Source: Escherichia coli (lineage in GTDB: Bacteria > Pseudomonadota > Gammaproteobacteria > Enterobacterales > Enterobacteriaceae). From it: 64,000 nt of DNA. Position numbers and translations under genes: made by a program. Shown in pieces: positions 46,803 through 60,407 of this stretch. The stretch's first letter is position 1. Each line of letters opens with the position of its first letter. The stretch lies in assembly GCF_003018255.1 (NCBI RefSeq), contig NZ_CP027440.1; one strand, written 5' to 3'. The notes below the pieces were generated by a model that saw only the letters and a program-made list of their open reading frames with translations, searched no databases and was not told where the DNA came from.

Positions 46803-47868
46803 TGAGTCAGAAGTATCTTTTTATCGATCGCGATGGAACCCTGATTAGCGAACCGCCGAGTGATTTTCAGGTGGACCGTTTTGACAAACTCGCCTTTGAA
46901 CCTGGCGTGATCCCGGAGCTGCTGAAGCTGCAAAAAGCGGGATATAAGCTGGTGATGATCACTAATCAGGATGGTCTTGGAACACAAAGTTTCCCGCAGG
47001 CGGATTTCGATGGCCCGCACAACCTGATGATGCAGATCTTCACCTCGCAAGGCGTGCAGTTTGATGAAGTGCTGATTTGCCCACACCTGCCCGCCGATGA
47101 GTGCGACTGCCGTAAGCCGAAAGTAAAACTGGTGGAGCGTTATCTGGCAGAGCAAGCGATGGATCGCGCCAACAGTTATGTGATTGGCGATCGCGCGACC
47201 GACATTCAACTGGCGGAAAACATGGGCATTAATGGTTTACGCTACGACCGTGAAACCCTGAACTGGCCGATGATTGGCGAGCAACTCACGAAACGCGATC
47301 GTTATGCCCACGTGGTGCGCAACACCAAAGAGACGCAGATTGACGTTCAGGTGTGGCTGGATCGCGAGGGTGGCAGCAAGATTAATACCGGCGTTGGCTT
47401 CTTTGATCACATGCTGGATCAGATTGCCACTCACGGCGGTTTCCGTATGGAAATCAACGTTAAAGGCGACCTCTATATCGACGATCACCACACTGTCGAA
47501 GATACCGGTCTGGCGCTGGGCGAAGCGTTAAAAATAGCACTTGGCGACAAACGCGGTATTTGCCGCTTTGGTTTTGTGCTGCCGATGGACGAATGCCTTG
47601 CCCGCTGTGCACTGGATATCTCTGGTCGCCCGCACCTGGAATATAAAGCTGAATTTACCTACCAGCGCGTGGGCGATCTCAGCACTGAAATGATCGAGCA
47701 CTTCTTCCGTTCGCTCTCTTACACTATGGGTGTGACGCTCCACCTGAAAACCAAAGGTAAAAACGATCACCACCGTGTAGAGAGCCTGTTCAAAGCCTTT
47801 GGTCGCACCCTGCGCCAGGCCATCCGCGTGGAAGGCGATACCCTGCCCTCGTCGAAAGGAGTGCTGTA

Positions 47869-47869
<1 letters not shown>
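46802..47869 (+). CDS. hisB: Bifunctional histidinol-phosphatase / imidazoleglycerol-phosphate dehydratase
   Basis: 355 aa from [15 protein letters not shown] (HAD motif). Confidence 0.92.
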
Positions 47870-49947
<2,078 letters not shown>

Positions 49948-49954
<7 letters not shown>

Positions 49955-50559
49955 CAGAACAACAACGTCGCGAACTGGACTGGGAAAAAACCGACGGACT
50001 GATGCCGGTGATTGTGCAACACGCGGTATCTGGCGAAGTGCTAATGCTGGGCTATATGAACCCGGAAGCCTTAGGCAAAACCCTCGAAAGCGGCAAAGTC
50101 ACCTTCTTCTCGCGCACTAAACAGCGACTGTGGACCAAAGGCGAAACGTCGGGCAATTTCCTCAATGTGGTGAGTATTGCCCCGGACTGCGACAACGACA
50201 CGTTACTGGTACTGGCGAATCCCATCGGGCCAACCTGCCACAAAGGCACCAGCAGCTGCTTCGGCGACACCGCTCACCAGTGGCTGTTCCTGTATCAACT
50301 GGAACAACTGCTCGCCGAGCGCAAATCTGCCGACCCGGAAACCTCCTATACCGCCAAACTGTATGCCAGCGGCACCAAGCGCATTGCGCAGAAAGTGGGC
50401 GAAGAAGGCGTGGAAACCGCACTGGCAGCAACGGTACATGACCGCTTTGAGCTGACCAACGAGGCATCTGACTTGATGTATCACCTGCTGGTATTGTTGC
50501 AGGATCAGGATCTGGATTTAACGACGGTAATTGAGAACCTGCGTAAACGGCATCAGTGA
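49948..50559 (+). CDS. hisI: Bifunctional phosphoribosyl-AMP cyclohydrolase / phosphoribosyl-ATP pyrophosphatase
   Basis: 203 aa. Confidence 0.92.
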
Positions 50560-50606
50560 GTTGCGGGTGATCAGATGCGATGTTGTTGTCGCATCCGGCA
50601 AAAAAA

Positions 50607-50637
50607 ACGGGCAAGGTGTCACCACCCTGCCCGTTTT
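50607..50637. terminator. Bidirectional terminator between hisI and wzzB
   Basis: A-run, then hairpin acgggcaagg...cctgcccgt, then T-run, in the gap between convergent genes. Confidence 0.7.
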
Positions 50638-50653
50638 CTTTAAAACCAAAAGA

Positions 50654-51634
50654 TTACTTCGCGTTGTAATTACGCAGAGCGTTACGCCCCAGCACAATCC
50701 CCGCGCCAACCATGCCGCCCAGCAGCACTGCCAGAATCAAGGTAATTGCCTTTTTCGGGCTATCGCGACGAATAGGTAACGTCGGTTTCATCACATAACG
50801 GTAAGCATGAATATCAAGATCATCAACCTTTAAGCTTTCGATATCCAGCAGGTTTTGACGTGTCTGATAGTAGTTTGGTGAGAATACCAACGGACGGGTC
50901 GCCTCGTGCTTAATCATCGACTCCAGCGCTTCGCTCCCCAAAAGGAACAACGTATCTTGTGTCACATCTTCAGTCTGCTGAACCTGTGGCTTTGTCACCT
51001 GCGCCTGATTCGCATACTGCAACGCTTCCTGAATCTGACGGATACGCAGATCTTTCTGCTCCTGCGCGACTACTTCCTGAGTTTTCAGAGAATCCTGCAA
51101 GTTTTTCATACGCAGCGCGATGTTGTCTTTCAGGTCTTTTTCCAGTTCTTCGTTTACCTGGTCGTCAACTTGCTGGATATACTTCGCCAGCTGCTTCTGA
51201 GCACCTTCAGGTGTTTCACCAACATAAGACACCGCTAAAGGTAATGACTGATTTTTAACGGTAGGCTCAATGGTCAGCTTTTCTGCTTCTTCCTGATTAT
51301 CCAGCGTTTCCGCTAATGCTGAAAATGCAGTGCTGTAACGTCCGATAAGTGAAGCCTGAATGTCGGAGACTTTCGGTACAGCCGATCCGTAGATCACATT
51401 CATCGCGTTGGTATAACCAGCGATTTGCCCCACATCAGGTTGAGTAACGATAGCTGTGGAAGTCCACTTTTCTTTGGCAACGGCCAGATACCCTATAGCC
51501 AGGGCAATAGCCACAATGACAGAGATGATAATTGTCATCTTGCCACGCCACAACTGCACCAGTAAATCAATCAAATCAATCTGTTCCGGGTCATGGTTTT
51601 GCCCAGAAACATTATTATTTTCTACTCTCATCAT
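50654..51634 (-). CDS. wzzB: O-antigen chain-length determinant (polysaccharide co-polymerase)
   Basis: 326 aa from MRVENNNVSGQNHDPEQIDLIDLL; N- and C-terminal TM segments with a coiled periplasmic domain. Confidence 0.9.
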   Translation of the reverse strand: MMRVENNNVSGQNHDPEQIDLIDLLVQLWRGKMTIIISVIVAIALAIGYLAVAKEKWTSTAIVTQPDVGQIAGYTNAMNVIYGSAVPKVSDIQASLIGRYSTAFSALAETLDNQEEAEKLTIEPTVKNQSLPLAVSYVGETPEGAQKQLAKYIQQVDDQVNEELEKDLKDNIALRMKNLQDSLKTQEVVAQEQKDLRIRQIQEALQYANQAQVTKPQVQQTEDVTQDTLFLLGSEALESMIKHEATRPLVFSPNYYQTRQNLLDIESLKVDDLDIHAYRYVMKPTLPIRRDSPKKAITLILAVLLGGMVGAGIVLGRNALRNYNAK

Positions 51635-51777
51635 TACCCTAACGGACGAAATAATTTTAAGTCGCCATAGTTTAGCGATAATCACCATGAATGCTATAGG
51701 ATAAATGATAAAAAGAATGAATTATTACAAAGGGAACATAAGAGAATCAGGGCGAAAATCGCCCTGATAACAGGATG

Positions 51778-52944
51778 TTAGTCACTGCCAAAGAGATCGC
51801 GGGTGTAGACCTTATCTGCCACATCCTTAAGCTCTTCTGCCATACGGTTGGAAATAATGACGTCGGCTTGTTGTTTGAAGGTGGCGAGATCACGTTCCAG
51901 ACGAGAGTTGAAGAATGAGTCTTCTTTCATCACCGGCTCGTAGATGATCACCTCAACGCCTTTAGCCTTAATACGTTTCATAATCCCCTGAATGGAAGAC
52001 GCGCGGAAGTTATCTGAACCGCTCTTCATAATCAGGCGATAAATACCCACCACTTGCGGTTTGCGTGACAAAATGGCATCGGCAATAAAATCTTTACGCG
52101 TGCGGTTTGCATCGACAATTGCCGAGATCAGGTTATTCGGCACAGACTGGTAGTTCGCCAGTAACTGCTTGGTATCTTTCGGTAGACAATAACCACCATA
52201 GCCAAACGACGGATTGTTGTAATGGTTGCCAATACGCGGATCGAGACAAACGCCTTCGATAATCTGGCGAGTATTCAGCCCTAAACTTTCTGCATAGCTA
52301 TCCAGTTCATTAAAGTATGCTACGCGCATCGCCAGATAGGTATTAGCGAAAAGTTTAATCGCTTCTGCTTCAGTGGAGTCGGTAAACAGGGTTGGGATAT
52401 TTTGCTTAATCGCGCCTTCCTGTAATAACGCCGCAAAACGTTCTGCGCGTTCCGAACGCTCACCGATGACAATACGTGACGGATGAAGGTTATCGTAAAG
52501 GGCTTTACCTTCGCGGAGGAATTCGGGGGAGAAAATAAGGTTATCGATACCCAGACGTTCTTTAATTGATTTGGTGAAACCTACCGGAATTGTAGATTTA
52601 ATCACCATTACCGCGTTGGGATTAATTTCTGTCACATCGCGAATGACCGCTTCCACGCTTGAGGTATTAAAATAATTTGTTTTTGGGTCATAATCGGTAG
52701 GCGTGGCAATAATAACGTAATCGGCATTTTTATACGCGTCATACTTATCTGTCGTAGCGCGGAAATTGAGATCTTTAGTCGCCAGATACTCTTCAATCTC
52801 CTTATCAACAATCGGTGACTGCTTCTTGTTAAGCATGTCCACTTTGGCCTGAACGATATCCAGTGCAACCACTTCGTGGTTTTGCGCAATCAGAATACCA
52901 TTTGAAAGACCAACATAACCTGTTCCTGAAATTGTTATTTTCAT
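51778..52944 (-). CDS. ugd: UDP-glucose 6-dehydrogenase
   Basis: 388 aa from [16 protein letters not shown]. Confidence 0.92.
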   Translation of the reverse strand: MKITISGTGYVGLSNGILIAQNHEVVALDIVQAKVDMLNKKQSPIVDKEIEEYLATKDLNFRATTDKYDAYKNADYVIIATPTDYDPKTNYFNTSSVEAVIRDVTEINPNAVMVIKSTIPVGFTKSIKERLGIDNLIFSPEFLREGKALYDNLHPSRIVIGERSERAERFAALLQEGAIKQNIPTLFTDSTEAEAIKLFANTYLAMRVAYFNELDSYAESLGLNTRQIIEGVCLDPRIGNHYNNPSFGYGGYCLPKDTKQLLANYQSVPNNLISAIVDANRTRKDFIADAILSRKPQVVGIYRLIMKSGSDNFRASSIQGIMKRIKAKGVEVIIYEPVMKEDSFFNSRLERDLATFKQQADVIISNRMAEELKDVADKVYTRDLFGSD

Positions 52945-53142
52945 TAGCTCTGACTTCTTCCGGTTAAACATTTAGAGTGGTCATTAATCCACCACCACAG
53001 CTTCATCTACTGCGGGATTTTTAACGCTGATGTAGATGAACTGTCAAGGCAGCGATCCTGCTGTGCGGCTCTGTATTATATCGCTTTTTTAACCATAAAT
53101 TATAAAAAAAGGCCATAACCTGCCGCTTTGTATAATAAAAAA

Positions 53143-53163
53143 GCCCGGAGGGTTTCTCCGGGC
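53143..53163 (-). terminator. Rho-independent terminator of gnd
   Basis: Hairpin gcccggag-ggtttc-tccgggc with a T-run on the minus strand. Confidence 0.7.
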
Positions 53164-53192
53164 CTTGCATTGATTAATTGATTTAAATCAGA

Positions 53193-54599
53193 TTAATCCA
53201 GCCATTCGGTATGGAACACACCTTCTTTATCAATGCGCTTATAAGTATGCGCACCGAAATAGTCACGCTGTGCCTGGATCAGATTCGCAGGCAAAACAGC
53301 GGCGCGGTAGCTGTCATAATAGGCAACCGCAGCGGCGAATGTCGGAACCGGGATACCGTTCTGCACTGCATAAGCAACGACATCACGCAGCGCCTGCTGA
53401 TAGTCATCGGCGATTTGCTTAAAGTACGGAGCCAGCAGCAGGTTAGCGATCTGCGGATTTTCGGCGTATGCATCGGTGATTTTCTGCAGGAACTGCGCAC
53501 GGATGATGCAGCCAGCACGGAAAATCTTCGCGATTTCGCCGTAGTTCAGATCCCAGTTGTATTCTTCAGACGCAGCACGCAACTGAGAGAAGCCCTGAGC
53601 GTAAGAAACGATTTTGCCCAGATAAAGCGCACGACGAACTTTTTCGATAAACTCAGCCTTATCGCCTGCTGGCTGTGCTTGCGGGCCAGAGAGAACTTTA
53701 GATGCGGCAACACGCTGATCTTTCAGAGAAGAGATATAACGTGCAAACACAGACTCGGTAATCAGCGACAGCGGTTCGCCGAGATCAAGCGCACTCTGGC
53801 TGGTCCATTTGCCCGTACCTTTGTTTGCTGCTTCATCCAGAATCACATCAACCAGGTAGTTACCGTCTTCATCTTTTTTGGTGAAGATATCTTTGGTGAT
53901 GTCGATCAGGTAGCTGCTCAGTTCACCGTTATTCCACTCGGTAAACGTCTGCGCCAGTTCTTCGTTGGAAAGATTCAGGCCACCTTTAAGCAGAGAATAG
54001 GCTTCAGCAATCAGCTGCATATCGCCGTATTCAATACCGTTGTGAACCATCTTCACATAGTGACCTGCACCATCGGCACCGATATAGGTAACGCATGGCT
54101 CACCGTCTTCAGCTACTGCGGCGATTTTGGTCAGGATCGGCGCAACCAGTTCATAGGCTTCTTTCTGCCCACCAGGCATAATGGAAGGACCTTTCAGCGC
54201 GCCTTCTTCACCACCGGAGACACCGGTACCAATGAAGTTAAAGCCTTCGGCAGAAAGCTCACGGTTACGACGAATGGTGTCCTGGAAGAAGGTATTACCA
54301 CCATCAATGATGATGTCACCTTTATCGAGGTATGGCTTGAGGGAATCAATAGCAGCATCCGTGCCTGCACCTGCTTTCACCATTAACAGGATGCGACGAG
54401 GCGTTTCCAGAGATTCAACAAACTCTTTCACCGTATAGTAAGGAACCAGTTTCTTGCCTGGATTTTCGGCAATCACTTCTTCGGTCTTTTCACGGGAACG
54501 GTTGAAAATAGAGACGGTATAACCACGGCTTTCGATATTGAGCGCAAGGTTGCGCCCCATCACTGCCATACCGACGACACCGATCTGTTGCTTTGACAT
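53193..54599 (-). CDS. gnd: 6-phosphogluconate dehydrogenase (decarboxylating)
   Basis: 468 aa ([27 protein letters not shown]...). Confidence 0.95.
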   Translation of the reverse strand: MSKQQIGVVGMAVMGRNLALNIESRGYTVSIFNRSREKTEEVIAENPGKKLVPYYTVKEFVESLETPRRILLMVKAGAGTDAAIDSLKPYLDKGDIIIDGGNTFFQDTIRRNRELSAEGFNFIGTGVSGGEEGALKGPSIMPGGQKEAYELVAPILTKIAAVAEDGEPCVTYIGADGAGHYVKMVHNGIEYGDMQLIAEAYSLLKGGLNLSNEELAQTFTEWNNGELSSYLIDITKDIFTKKDEDGNYLVDVILDEAANKGTGKWTSQSALDLGEPLSLITESVFARYISSLKDQRVAASKVLSGPQAQPAGDKAEFIEKVRRALYLGKIVSYAQGFSQLRAASEEYNWDLNYGEIAKIFRAGCIIRAQFLQKITDAYAENPQIANLLLAPYFKQIADDYQQALRDVVAYAVQNGIPVPTFAAAVAYYDSYRAAVLPANLIQAQRDYFGAHTYKRIDKEGVFHTEWLD

Positions 54600-54706
54600 T
54601 GTTTACTCCTGTCAGGTGGAAAACTAAATACTTTTAGAGTTAGCGTTATATTAACTGATATCATTTGATGATAGTAGATAATATTATGATAAATACTGAC
54701 TCAGTA

Positions 54707-55723
54707 TCACTCAGAATATCCATTCGGATTTTTATTTTGCCATCTCCAAGCATCAGTAATCATATCCTCAAGTGTACGCTTTGCTTCCCAATGAAGCTCT
54801 TTAATAGCTAAATCTGGTTTTGACCAACATTCAGCGATATCTCCAAGCCTTCGCTCAGAAATAACATAAGGTATTTTTATTCCGGTTATTTTTTGAAAGG
54901 CATCAATAATCTCTTTTACTGAATATCCTTTACCTGTGCCTAGGTTATAATAACGTAACCCACCGTATATATTTTGTTTTTTTAGCGCTGCAATATGACC
55001 TTCCGCTAAGTCCATAACATGTATGTAATCTCTAACTCCGGTGCCATCAACCGTAGGATAATCCCCCCCATATATGGTCAACTTCTCAAGTTTCCCAACA
55101 GCAACCTGTGTTAAATAGGGAAAAAGGTTGCTTGGTACACCATTAGGATCCTCACCAATTAAACCAGAATAATGTGCGCCTACAGGATTAAAATATCTCA
55201 AGCAAGTTGCATTAAATTTAAATTCATAATTGGTTATATCTTCAAGCATTCTTTCAACAATATATTTTGTCGTCCCATATGGATTTGTTGTTCCTCCTGT
55301 ACTGCAATTTTCGTGCACCGGAATAGCTGTAGGATTGCCATATACTGTTGCGGATGAACTAAAAATAAAATTGTAAATTTTATTTTTTAACATCGAGTCA
55401 ATTAAATGCAAAGTTCCAATAACATTATTCTCATAATACTGAATGGGTTTTTTAATTGATTCCGAAACAGATTTTAGCGCAGCAAAATGAATAACAGCCT
55501 CGATATCATTATTTGCAAACACAGAATCAATCAAGTCAATGTTGCGTATATCTCCTTCATATATAATTATTTTCTTAGAAGTCAAATACTCCACTCTTTT
55601 TAAAGCAATCTTTGAAGAGTTACTAAAATTATCAATAACAATAACATCATAGTTATGATTTAAAAGTTGCAATACTGTATGTGAACCAATATATCCTGCC
55701 CCACCAGTCACGAGAACAGCCAT
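54707..55723 (-). CDS. UDP-hexose 4-epimerase (GalE/Gne family) of the O-antigen cluster
   Basis: 338-aa SDR protein with VTGGAGYIGSH and YxxxK; low-GC; next to gnd. Could be a UDP-GlcNAc/GalNAc epimerase. Confidence 0.8.
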   Translation of the reverse strand: MAVLVTGGAGYIGSHTVLQLLNHNYDVIVIDNFSNSSKIALKRVEYLTSKKIIIYEGDIRNIDLIDSVFANNDIEAVIHFAALKSVSESIKKPIQYYENNVIGTLHLIDSMLKNKIYNFIFSSSATVYGNPTAIPVHENCSTGGTTNPYGTTKYIVERMLEDITNYEFKFNATCLRYFNPVGAHYSGLIGEDPNGVPSNLFPYLTQVAVGKLEKLTIYGGDYPTVDGTGVRDYIHVMDLAEGHIAALKKQNIYGGLRYYNLGTGKGYSVKEIIDAFQKITGIKIPYVISERRLGDIAECWSKPDLAIKELHWEAKRTLEDMITDAWRWQNKNPNGYSE

Positions 55724-55756
55724 ACCCTCTCCTTTAAAAACATTTTTTATAAGAAA

Positions 55757-56734
55757 CTATCTGTTTTTTACTTGATACAAGAAATGATAAACTGGAAAGA
55801 ATTTTTTAATCAACAACAAGCGAAACGCATAATACATACCAAAAGCCTGTTCGCAATTCATTTTCTGCTCTATGTTTTTCGGCAAAACTATTTTATTTTT
55901 TTTACATAAAAGGAATATATAAATCAAAAAATCATTGTATCTTTTCTTAAGATAATACTTGACCAATCTATTCTTTGTTGTTTGTATAATACATCTATAG
56001 GTTTTTAATACTTCCAGATAACCAATTATATTGCGAGAGCTAATTTTACTTGTCATTATTGAGTTTTCCCTTACCCTTCGGTAAAAATAAATCTCATCGG
56101 TACAATAACACAACTTAGAATCTAAAATAATCCTAGGTAAGTACTCTTCATCCTCATGAACTATATTTTTAAAAAATGAATTTCGCATTAATAATTCAGT
56201 TCTAAATACATTAATGCAAACAGATGAAAAGTAAGAATTGGTTGAAAATAATCTTTCTAAAAAAACATCACCAGACTTACAAATTTGAAATTTAGTTCGT
56301 TTATATGAAGGAATTTTACCTGCCAAATTAGAAGGGAGCCCTAATATTGATCCTGAAAATGCTATAATGTCTAACTCTTTATAATTAGTCAATATTTCAT
56401 TAATATCCCTTATAAACATTGGACTCAAAGCATCATCAGAGTCAAAAAAATAGACGTATGGTGTGCTAACTTTTGTCAGACCATAATTCCTAGCACTGCT
56501 TAAACCACCATTTTCTTTAGAAAATATCTTATAATTATCCTTACCCTCTATTCTTTTTTTAAGGAGAGGTATCGAATCATCACTAGAACCATCATCCACG
56601 ATGATAACTGAATGTGGTTGCATAGACTGATTTATAATAGAATCTATAGCCTCAACAATATAATCTTGGACATTGTACACAGGCATAACAATTGATATTA
56701 ATTTGGAAATCTCATTTTCTTTTTGGCAAAGCAT
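55757..56734 (-). CDS. Glycosyltransferase family 2
   Basis: 325 aa with N-terminal GT-A motif ISIVMPVYN...VIIVDDGSSD; low GC. Confidence 0.8.
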   Translation of the reverse strand: MLCQKENEISKLISIVMPVYNVQDYIVEAIDSIINQSMQPHSVIIVDDGSSDDSIPLLKKRIEGKDNYKIFSKENGGLSSARNYGLTKVSTPYVYFFDSDDALSPMFIRDINEILTNYKELDIIAFSGSILGLPSNLAGKIPSYKRTKFQICKSGDVFLERLFSTNSYFSSVCINVFRTELLMRNSFFKNIVHEDEEYLPRIILDSKLCYCTDEIYFYRRVRENSIMTSKISSRNIIGYLEVLKTYRCIIQTTKNRLVKYYLKKRYNDFLIYIFLLCKKNKIVLPKNIEQKMNCEQAFGMYYAFRLLLIKKFFPVYHFLYQVKNR

Positions 56735-58145
56735 TGTTTAATAATCCCACAATGGTATTTTTATCAATAATAAACATAAGACAAACATAACTCCCTGCAC
56801 CTATAACGATATAATAAATCAAAGATAATAATTCCATATTATTAGATTGAGTTATAAAATTATTTTTAGCAATCAGTATCAAAATTAGCATGCAAACACT
56901 ACAAAACAAAGGTTTACATGTTATACATAAAATGTTTTTTATGTTACCTTGGAGCAATCTCATGACGTAATAAAAGCAGATGTAAAATATTAATACATTC
57001 GCACAAAGATATAACTGGCAGAATATAACGATATTGAAGCATGCCCCAATAACAAATGACATAACTTGAATTATTGCACTCACACAACCAATCCTTGCCA
57101 GCAACTTAACGTTACCTAAAGATAAAAAAACTACTCCTGTAGTGCTCGTGAGTGCTTGGATAATCCCAACAGGTGCCAACCATTTTAAAAGAAGAGCAGC
57201 ATTATCCCAATTTTTACCAAACAGAAAAAAAACTAACTCGTTACTTAACGAAGCGAGCCCAATCATGGCAGGAATTGACAAAACTGCAATGAACTTTAGC
57301 GAGTCTAAATATATTCTTTTTTTTGTTATAATATCTTTTGAATGACTTAGCTTAGGCAATAAAGCTCTATTAAATATATAAGTTATATTTTGAACTGGAA
57401 ATAACATAAGTCTATATGCTAATGCATAATTACCTAAAACATACTGCCCAAAAATTTTTCCAACTATAATATTATCAGCGTTACGTGAGAAATAATTCAC
57501 CATATTAAATGACATTACATTAACACAATAGCCAAATATTAATTTTATATATTTCATCCGCCAAGAAAATTTATATTTTCTTCTATTTTTAAGGCTCAAT
57601 AAAAAAACAACAATAACTGCATACAAAAGGGCCTGTAGAGACACAGCATAAAGTCCAAAGCCCATGGCAATTACTATAAAAACAACAATGATTGAAATCG
57701 ATAATGATATCAACTCTATGAGAGCAGTAATATTGAACTGTTGGTTTCGTTCTAATAAAGCAAAATTAAAAGCAATAAAACTTTGTAAAGGAAATGAAAA
57801 AGAGATGATCAATATTAATAGAAACAACCTTGTGTCATTGTAAAAAAGGGATATTGGATAAGCTAATAATGTCATTACGATAAAAATAACGAGACCGCTT
57901 ATAAAGTTTAATGTGTATGTGGATTTAATAAAATTTTCACTTATTCTTCTCCGTTGAATTAATATTGATGACGTCCCCATATCTCTAAAGAGCATGGCAA
58001 ATGCAGCCACTACGCTTACAATGGAAATCAAACCATAGTCATAAGGCGTTAAATAACGAGCCAGTACAAAGATCAAAACTAATTGGCTCAGAGCTCTTGC
58101 AATTTGAGATAAAGCGACCCATTTTACTCCTGTTATCAAAAGCAT
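56712..58145 (-). CDS. wzx: O-antigen flippase Wzx (MOP superfamily)
   Basis: 477-aa polytopic protein with about 12 predicted TM segments, typical Wzx size and hydropathy; low GC. Confidence 0.75.
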   Translation of the reverse strand: MLLITGVKWVALSQIARALSQLVLIFVLARYLTPYDYGLISIVSVVAAFAMLFRDMGTSSILIQRRRISENFIKSTYTLNFISGLVIFIVMTLLAYPISLFYNDTRLFLLILIISFSFPLQSFIAFNFALLERNQQFNITALIELISLSISIIVVFIVIAMGFGLYAVSLQALLYAVIVVFLLSLKNRRKYKFSWRMKYIKLIFGYCVNVMSFNMVNYFSRNADNIIVGKIFGQYVLGNYALAYRLMLFPVQNITYIFNRALLPKLSHSKDIITKKRIYLDSLKFIAVLSIPAMIGLASLSNELVFFLFGKNWDNAALLLKWLAPVGIIQALTSTTGVVFLSLGNVKLLARIGCVSAIIQVMSFVIGACFNIVIFCQLYLCANVLIFYICFYYVMRLLQGNIKNILCITCKPLFCSVCMLILILIAKNNFITQSNNMELLSLIYYIVIGAGSYVCLMFIIDKNTIVGLLNNALPKRK

Positions 58146-58152
58146 TTTATTA

Positions 58153-59049
58153 TTATCTCACTCTTTTTTTAAAATGGTTTTCATAAACTTTTTGCTTCAA
58201 ATATATAATGCCAGGGAACGCTCTTTTGAGTAGCAACTTAGTTGCAAATAATGTCCAGTATTGTTTTTTTGCTATAAAAGAAAATATAATTTTAATTTTT
58301 AAACATCTTAACATCATTAACCTAAACAGGTTATAATTCTTTGTATCATTGTACATTATATTCTTATATTTAAAATAATACTTCCGATATGCCACATAAT
58401 CTTTAATATTCTTGGTTATTCTAACACCTTCATGAGAAATATCCATATAGTAAGTATTAGCGTTTAACCTCCTGGCACTCCCATAAACTTGAATAAGTTT
58501 AGTCCAAACATCTTGATCTTGTAACCGTTTAAAATCAATAGAAAATCCTCCAACTGATAACAAACGCTCTCGCTCAACTAAAATCTGGTTACCAGCTTCA
58601 TTTTCCTTGAGTATACTTTGTAAATCAATGATACATTCTCTTTGAAATCGTGCATGATTATTTGTTCCAGTCACTATTATATAGTTATCGCAGATAAAGG
58701 AAAATTCCTTGTTATAATGATTAACCAGAATCTGTAACCTATCTTCTTTGAAATAATCATCATCATCCAACCCTGTAATGAAGAAACCTTTTGCATGCTT
58801 TAATCCTCTATTTCTAGAAAAATTAGCCCCCATATTTCTTGGGTTTTTCTTATATATAAAATTCTTAATATTTGGTGTTGCTACTTCTTGCAATTCTTTT
58901 ACAATCAAGTCAACTTCATAACTAGAGTTATCATCGACTACGATTAATTCTATTTTTGAATAAGTTTGATTAAATACTGATAATATTGCTCTGCGCAACA
59001 GCAAAGGGCGATTATAAGATGTTATAAGAACGCTTACTAATTTTTCCAT
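58153..59049 (-). CDS. Glycosyltransferase family 2
   Basis: GT-A motif VSVLITSYNRP...IVVDDNS; probable start MEKLVSV, with the listed ORF extended. Confidence 0.8.
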   Translation of the reverse strand: MEKLVSVLITSYNRPLLLRRAILSVFNQTYSKIELIVVDDNSSYEVDLIVKELQEVATPNIKNFIYKKNPRNMGANFSRNRGLKHAKGFFITGLDDDDYFKEDRLQILVNHYNKEFSFICDNYIIVTGTNNHARFQRECIIDLQSILKENEAGNQILVERERLLSVGGFSIDFKRLQDQDVWTKLIQVYGSARRLNANTYYMDISHEGVRITKNIKDYVAYRKYYFKYKNIMYNDTKNYNLFRLMMLRCLKIKIIFSFIAKKQYWTLFATKLLLKRAFPGIIYLKQKVYENHFKKRVR

Positions 59050-60407
59050 TTCTTTTTCAAAACCATCAACAAAGTAATTATAACCAAAGAATAGATCCAC
59101 AGCGGGAATATGCCATTAAGCCCTGCTCTTGGTAAAAAGCCTATCCTATATGCTGTTATAACTGATAATGCAGTAATATAAAGCCCCTTAGAGTTACCTC
59201 TATTTTCTGCTAAACTTAAAAACACCCCAAATAAGCAAGCAACAATAATCATAGCTCCAACATTTTTATTACACAGCAAAACTATATCATTGACAAAACT
59301 CCAGCCAACACCATAACCACTTTTGAATAACGCTGGATTTAATAAATCGGATAGATACGCAGAAGAGCTATTGTATAATATAGTGTGTTCTGCAAACATG
59401 TTATATATAGCATTAGCTCCAGGGATAAAGTTTTGAGCTAATAAATAGCCAGGAAAATTATCTATATATTTAGTGAAATAGATGACATGTAATGTCACTC
59501 CTTGTTGAAATAAGAATGAGAAGTAATGTTCGAACAAATTTATATTTGAATTACTATAATCCGCTCTAAATAATAACAATGTTTGGGAGAAAACTATAGC
59601 AATACCACCTATTATAACTAACCTAAGGAGGGGTATTTTCTTAATGTACTTATTTCTATACCAAAGATAAAATAAAAAGAATGATAATAATGGACCTCGC
59701 TGACCGATAAAAGCCAACATTAAAGAGTTCATCAATAAAACGCACAGATAAAAATTAGTGTTCTTTTTATTGTCAGTTGATATTGATATAGACAAAAAAA
59801 CAGTCGCTATCGTAATTCCTAAAGAATAAAGATTTGGTATAATACTTCCTTTCTCCAATAATTCTAAATTTTTTGTATAAAATGAAAGATATCCGCCTGA
59901 ATTTACTGCCTCTAAACCTGAATATATATATGGAAAAACAAGGCAACCGACCAAAAATAAAACTGGTCCATTAGGCAACCTCAGATTATATGTTACTACA
60001 TTGACGTTTTTATTCTTATTTTCAATACACTGAGTAAAAAAATACCCTAAAAGAATTGAATATATTATTATCCCAATCGTCAATAACAAATTCACAGAAT
60101 CAAGTGAACTTATAGTCGTGGTATAAAAAAGCGTTACTGTATAGTAATCCATTTCAGAGTATAATAAATATGAAAATATGCGCCCAAAAATAAATATACT
60201 TATTGTCATTATAAAAAGCGATATTATGCTTAGTACCCCTGATAAAAGTGCCGTTTGTAAATATGCAAATGCTATAAATAAAAAACAACTTATTGCTAAT
60301 GTGTAATAGTCAACACTAACAAAACCGGCCTCATTTAATAAATAACCAACAATAAAAAAGGCAATAATAATAGAATCGACGAATACTATTATCGCAGAAT
60401 TATTCAT
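59037..60407 (-). CDS. wzy: O-antigen polymerase Wzy
   Basis: 456-aa very hydrophobic, AT-rich polytopic protein with about 10-12 TM segments, typical of Wzy. Confidence 0.7.
   Translation of the reverse strand: MNNSAIIVFVDSIIIAFFIVGYLLNEAGFVSVDYYTLAISCFLFIAFAYLQTALLSGVLSIISLFIMTISIFIFGRIFSYLLYSEMDYYTVTLFYTTTISSLDSVNLLLTIGIIIYSILLGYFFTQCIENKNKNVNVVTYNLRLPNGPVLFLVGCLVFPYIYSGLEAVNSGGYLSFYTKNLELLEKGSIIPNLYSLGITIATVFLSISISTDNKKNTNFYLCVLLMNSLMLAFIGQRGPLLSFFLFYLWYRNKYIKKIPLLRLVIIGGIAIVFSQTLLLFRADYSNSNINLFEHYFSFLFQQGVTLHVIYFTKYIDNFPGYLLAQNFIPGANAIYNMFAEHTILYNSSSAYLSDLLNPALFKSGYGVGWSFVNDIVLLCNKNVGAMIIVACLFGVFLSLAENRGNSKGLYITALSVITAYRIGFLPRAGLNGIFPLWIYSLVIITLLMVLKKKWKN

Noticed and set aside
53211-54386. 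391-aa plus-strand ORF
   Set aside because: Lies entirely antisense to gnd, a highly conserved and well-supported gene; long antisense ORFs are a common composition artefact.
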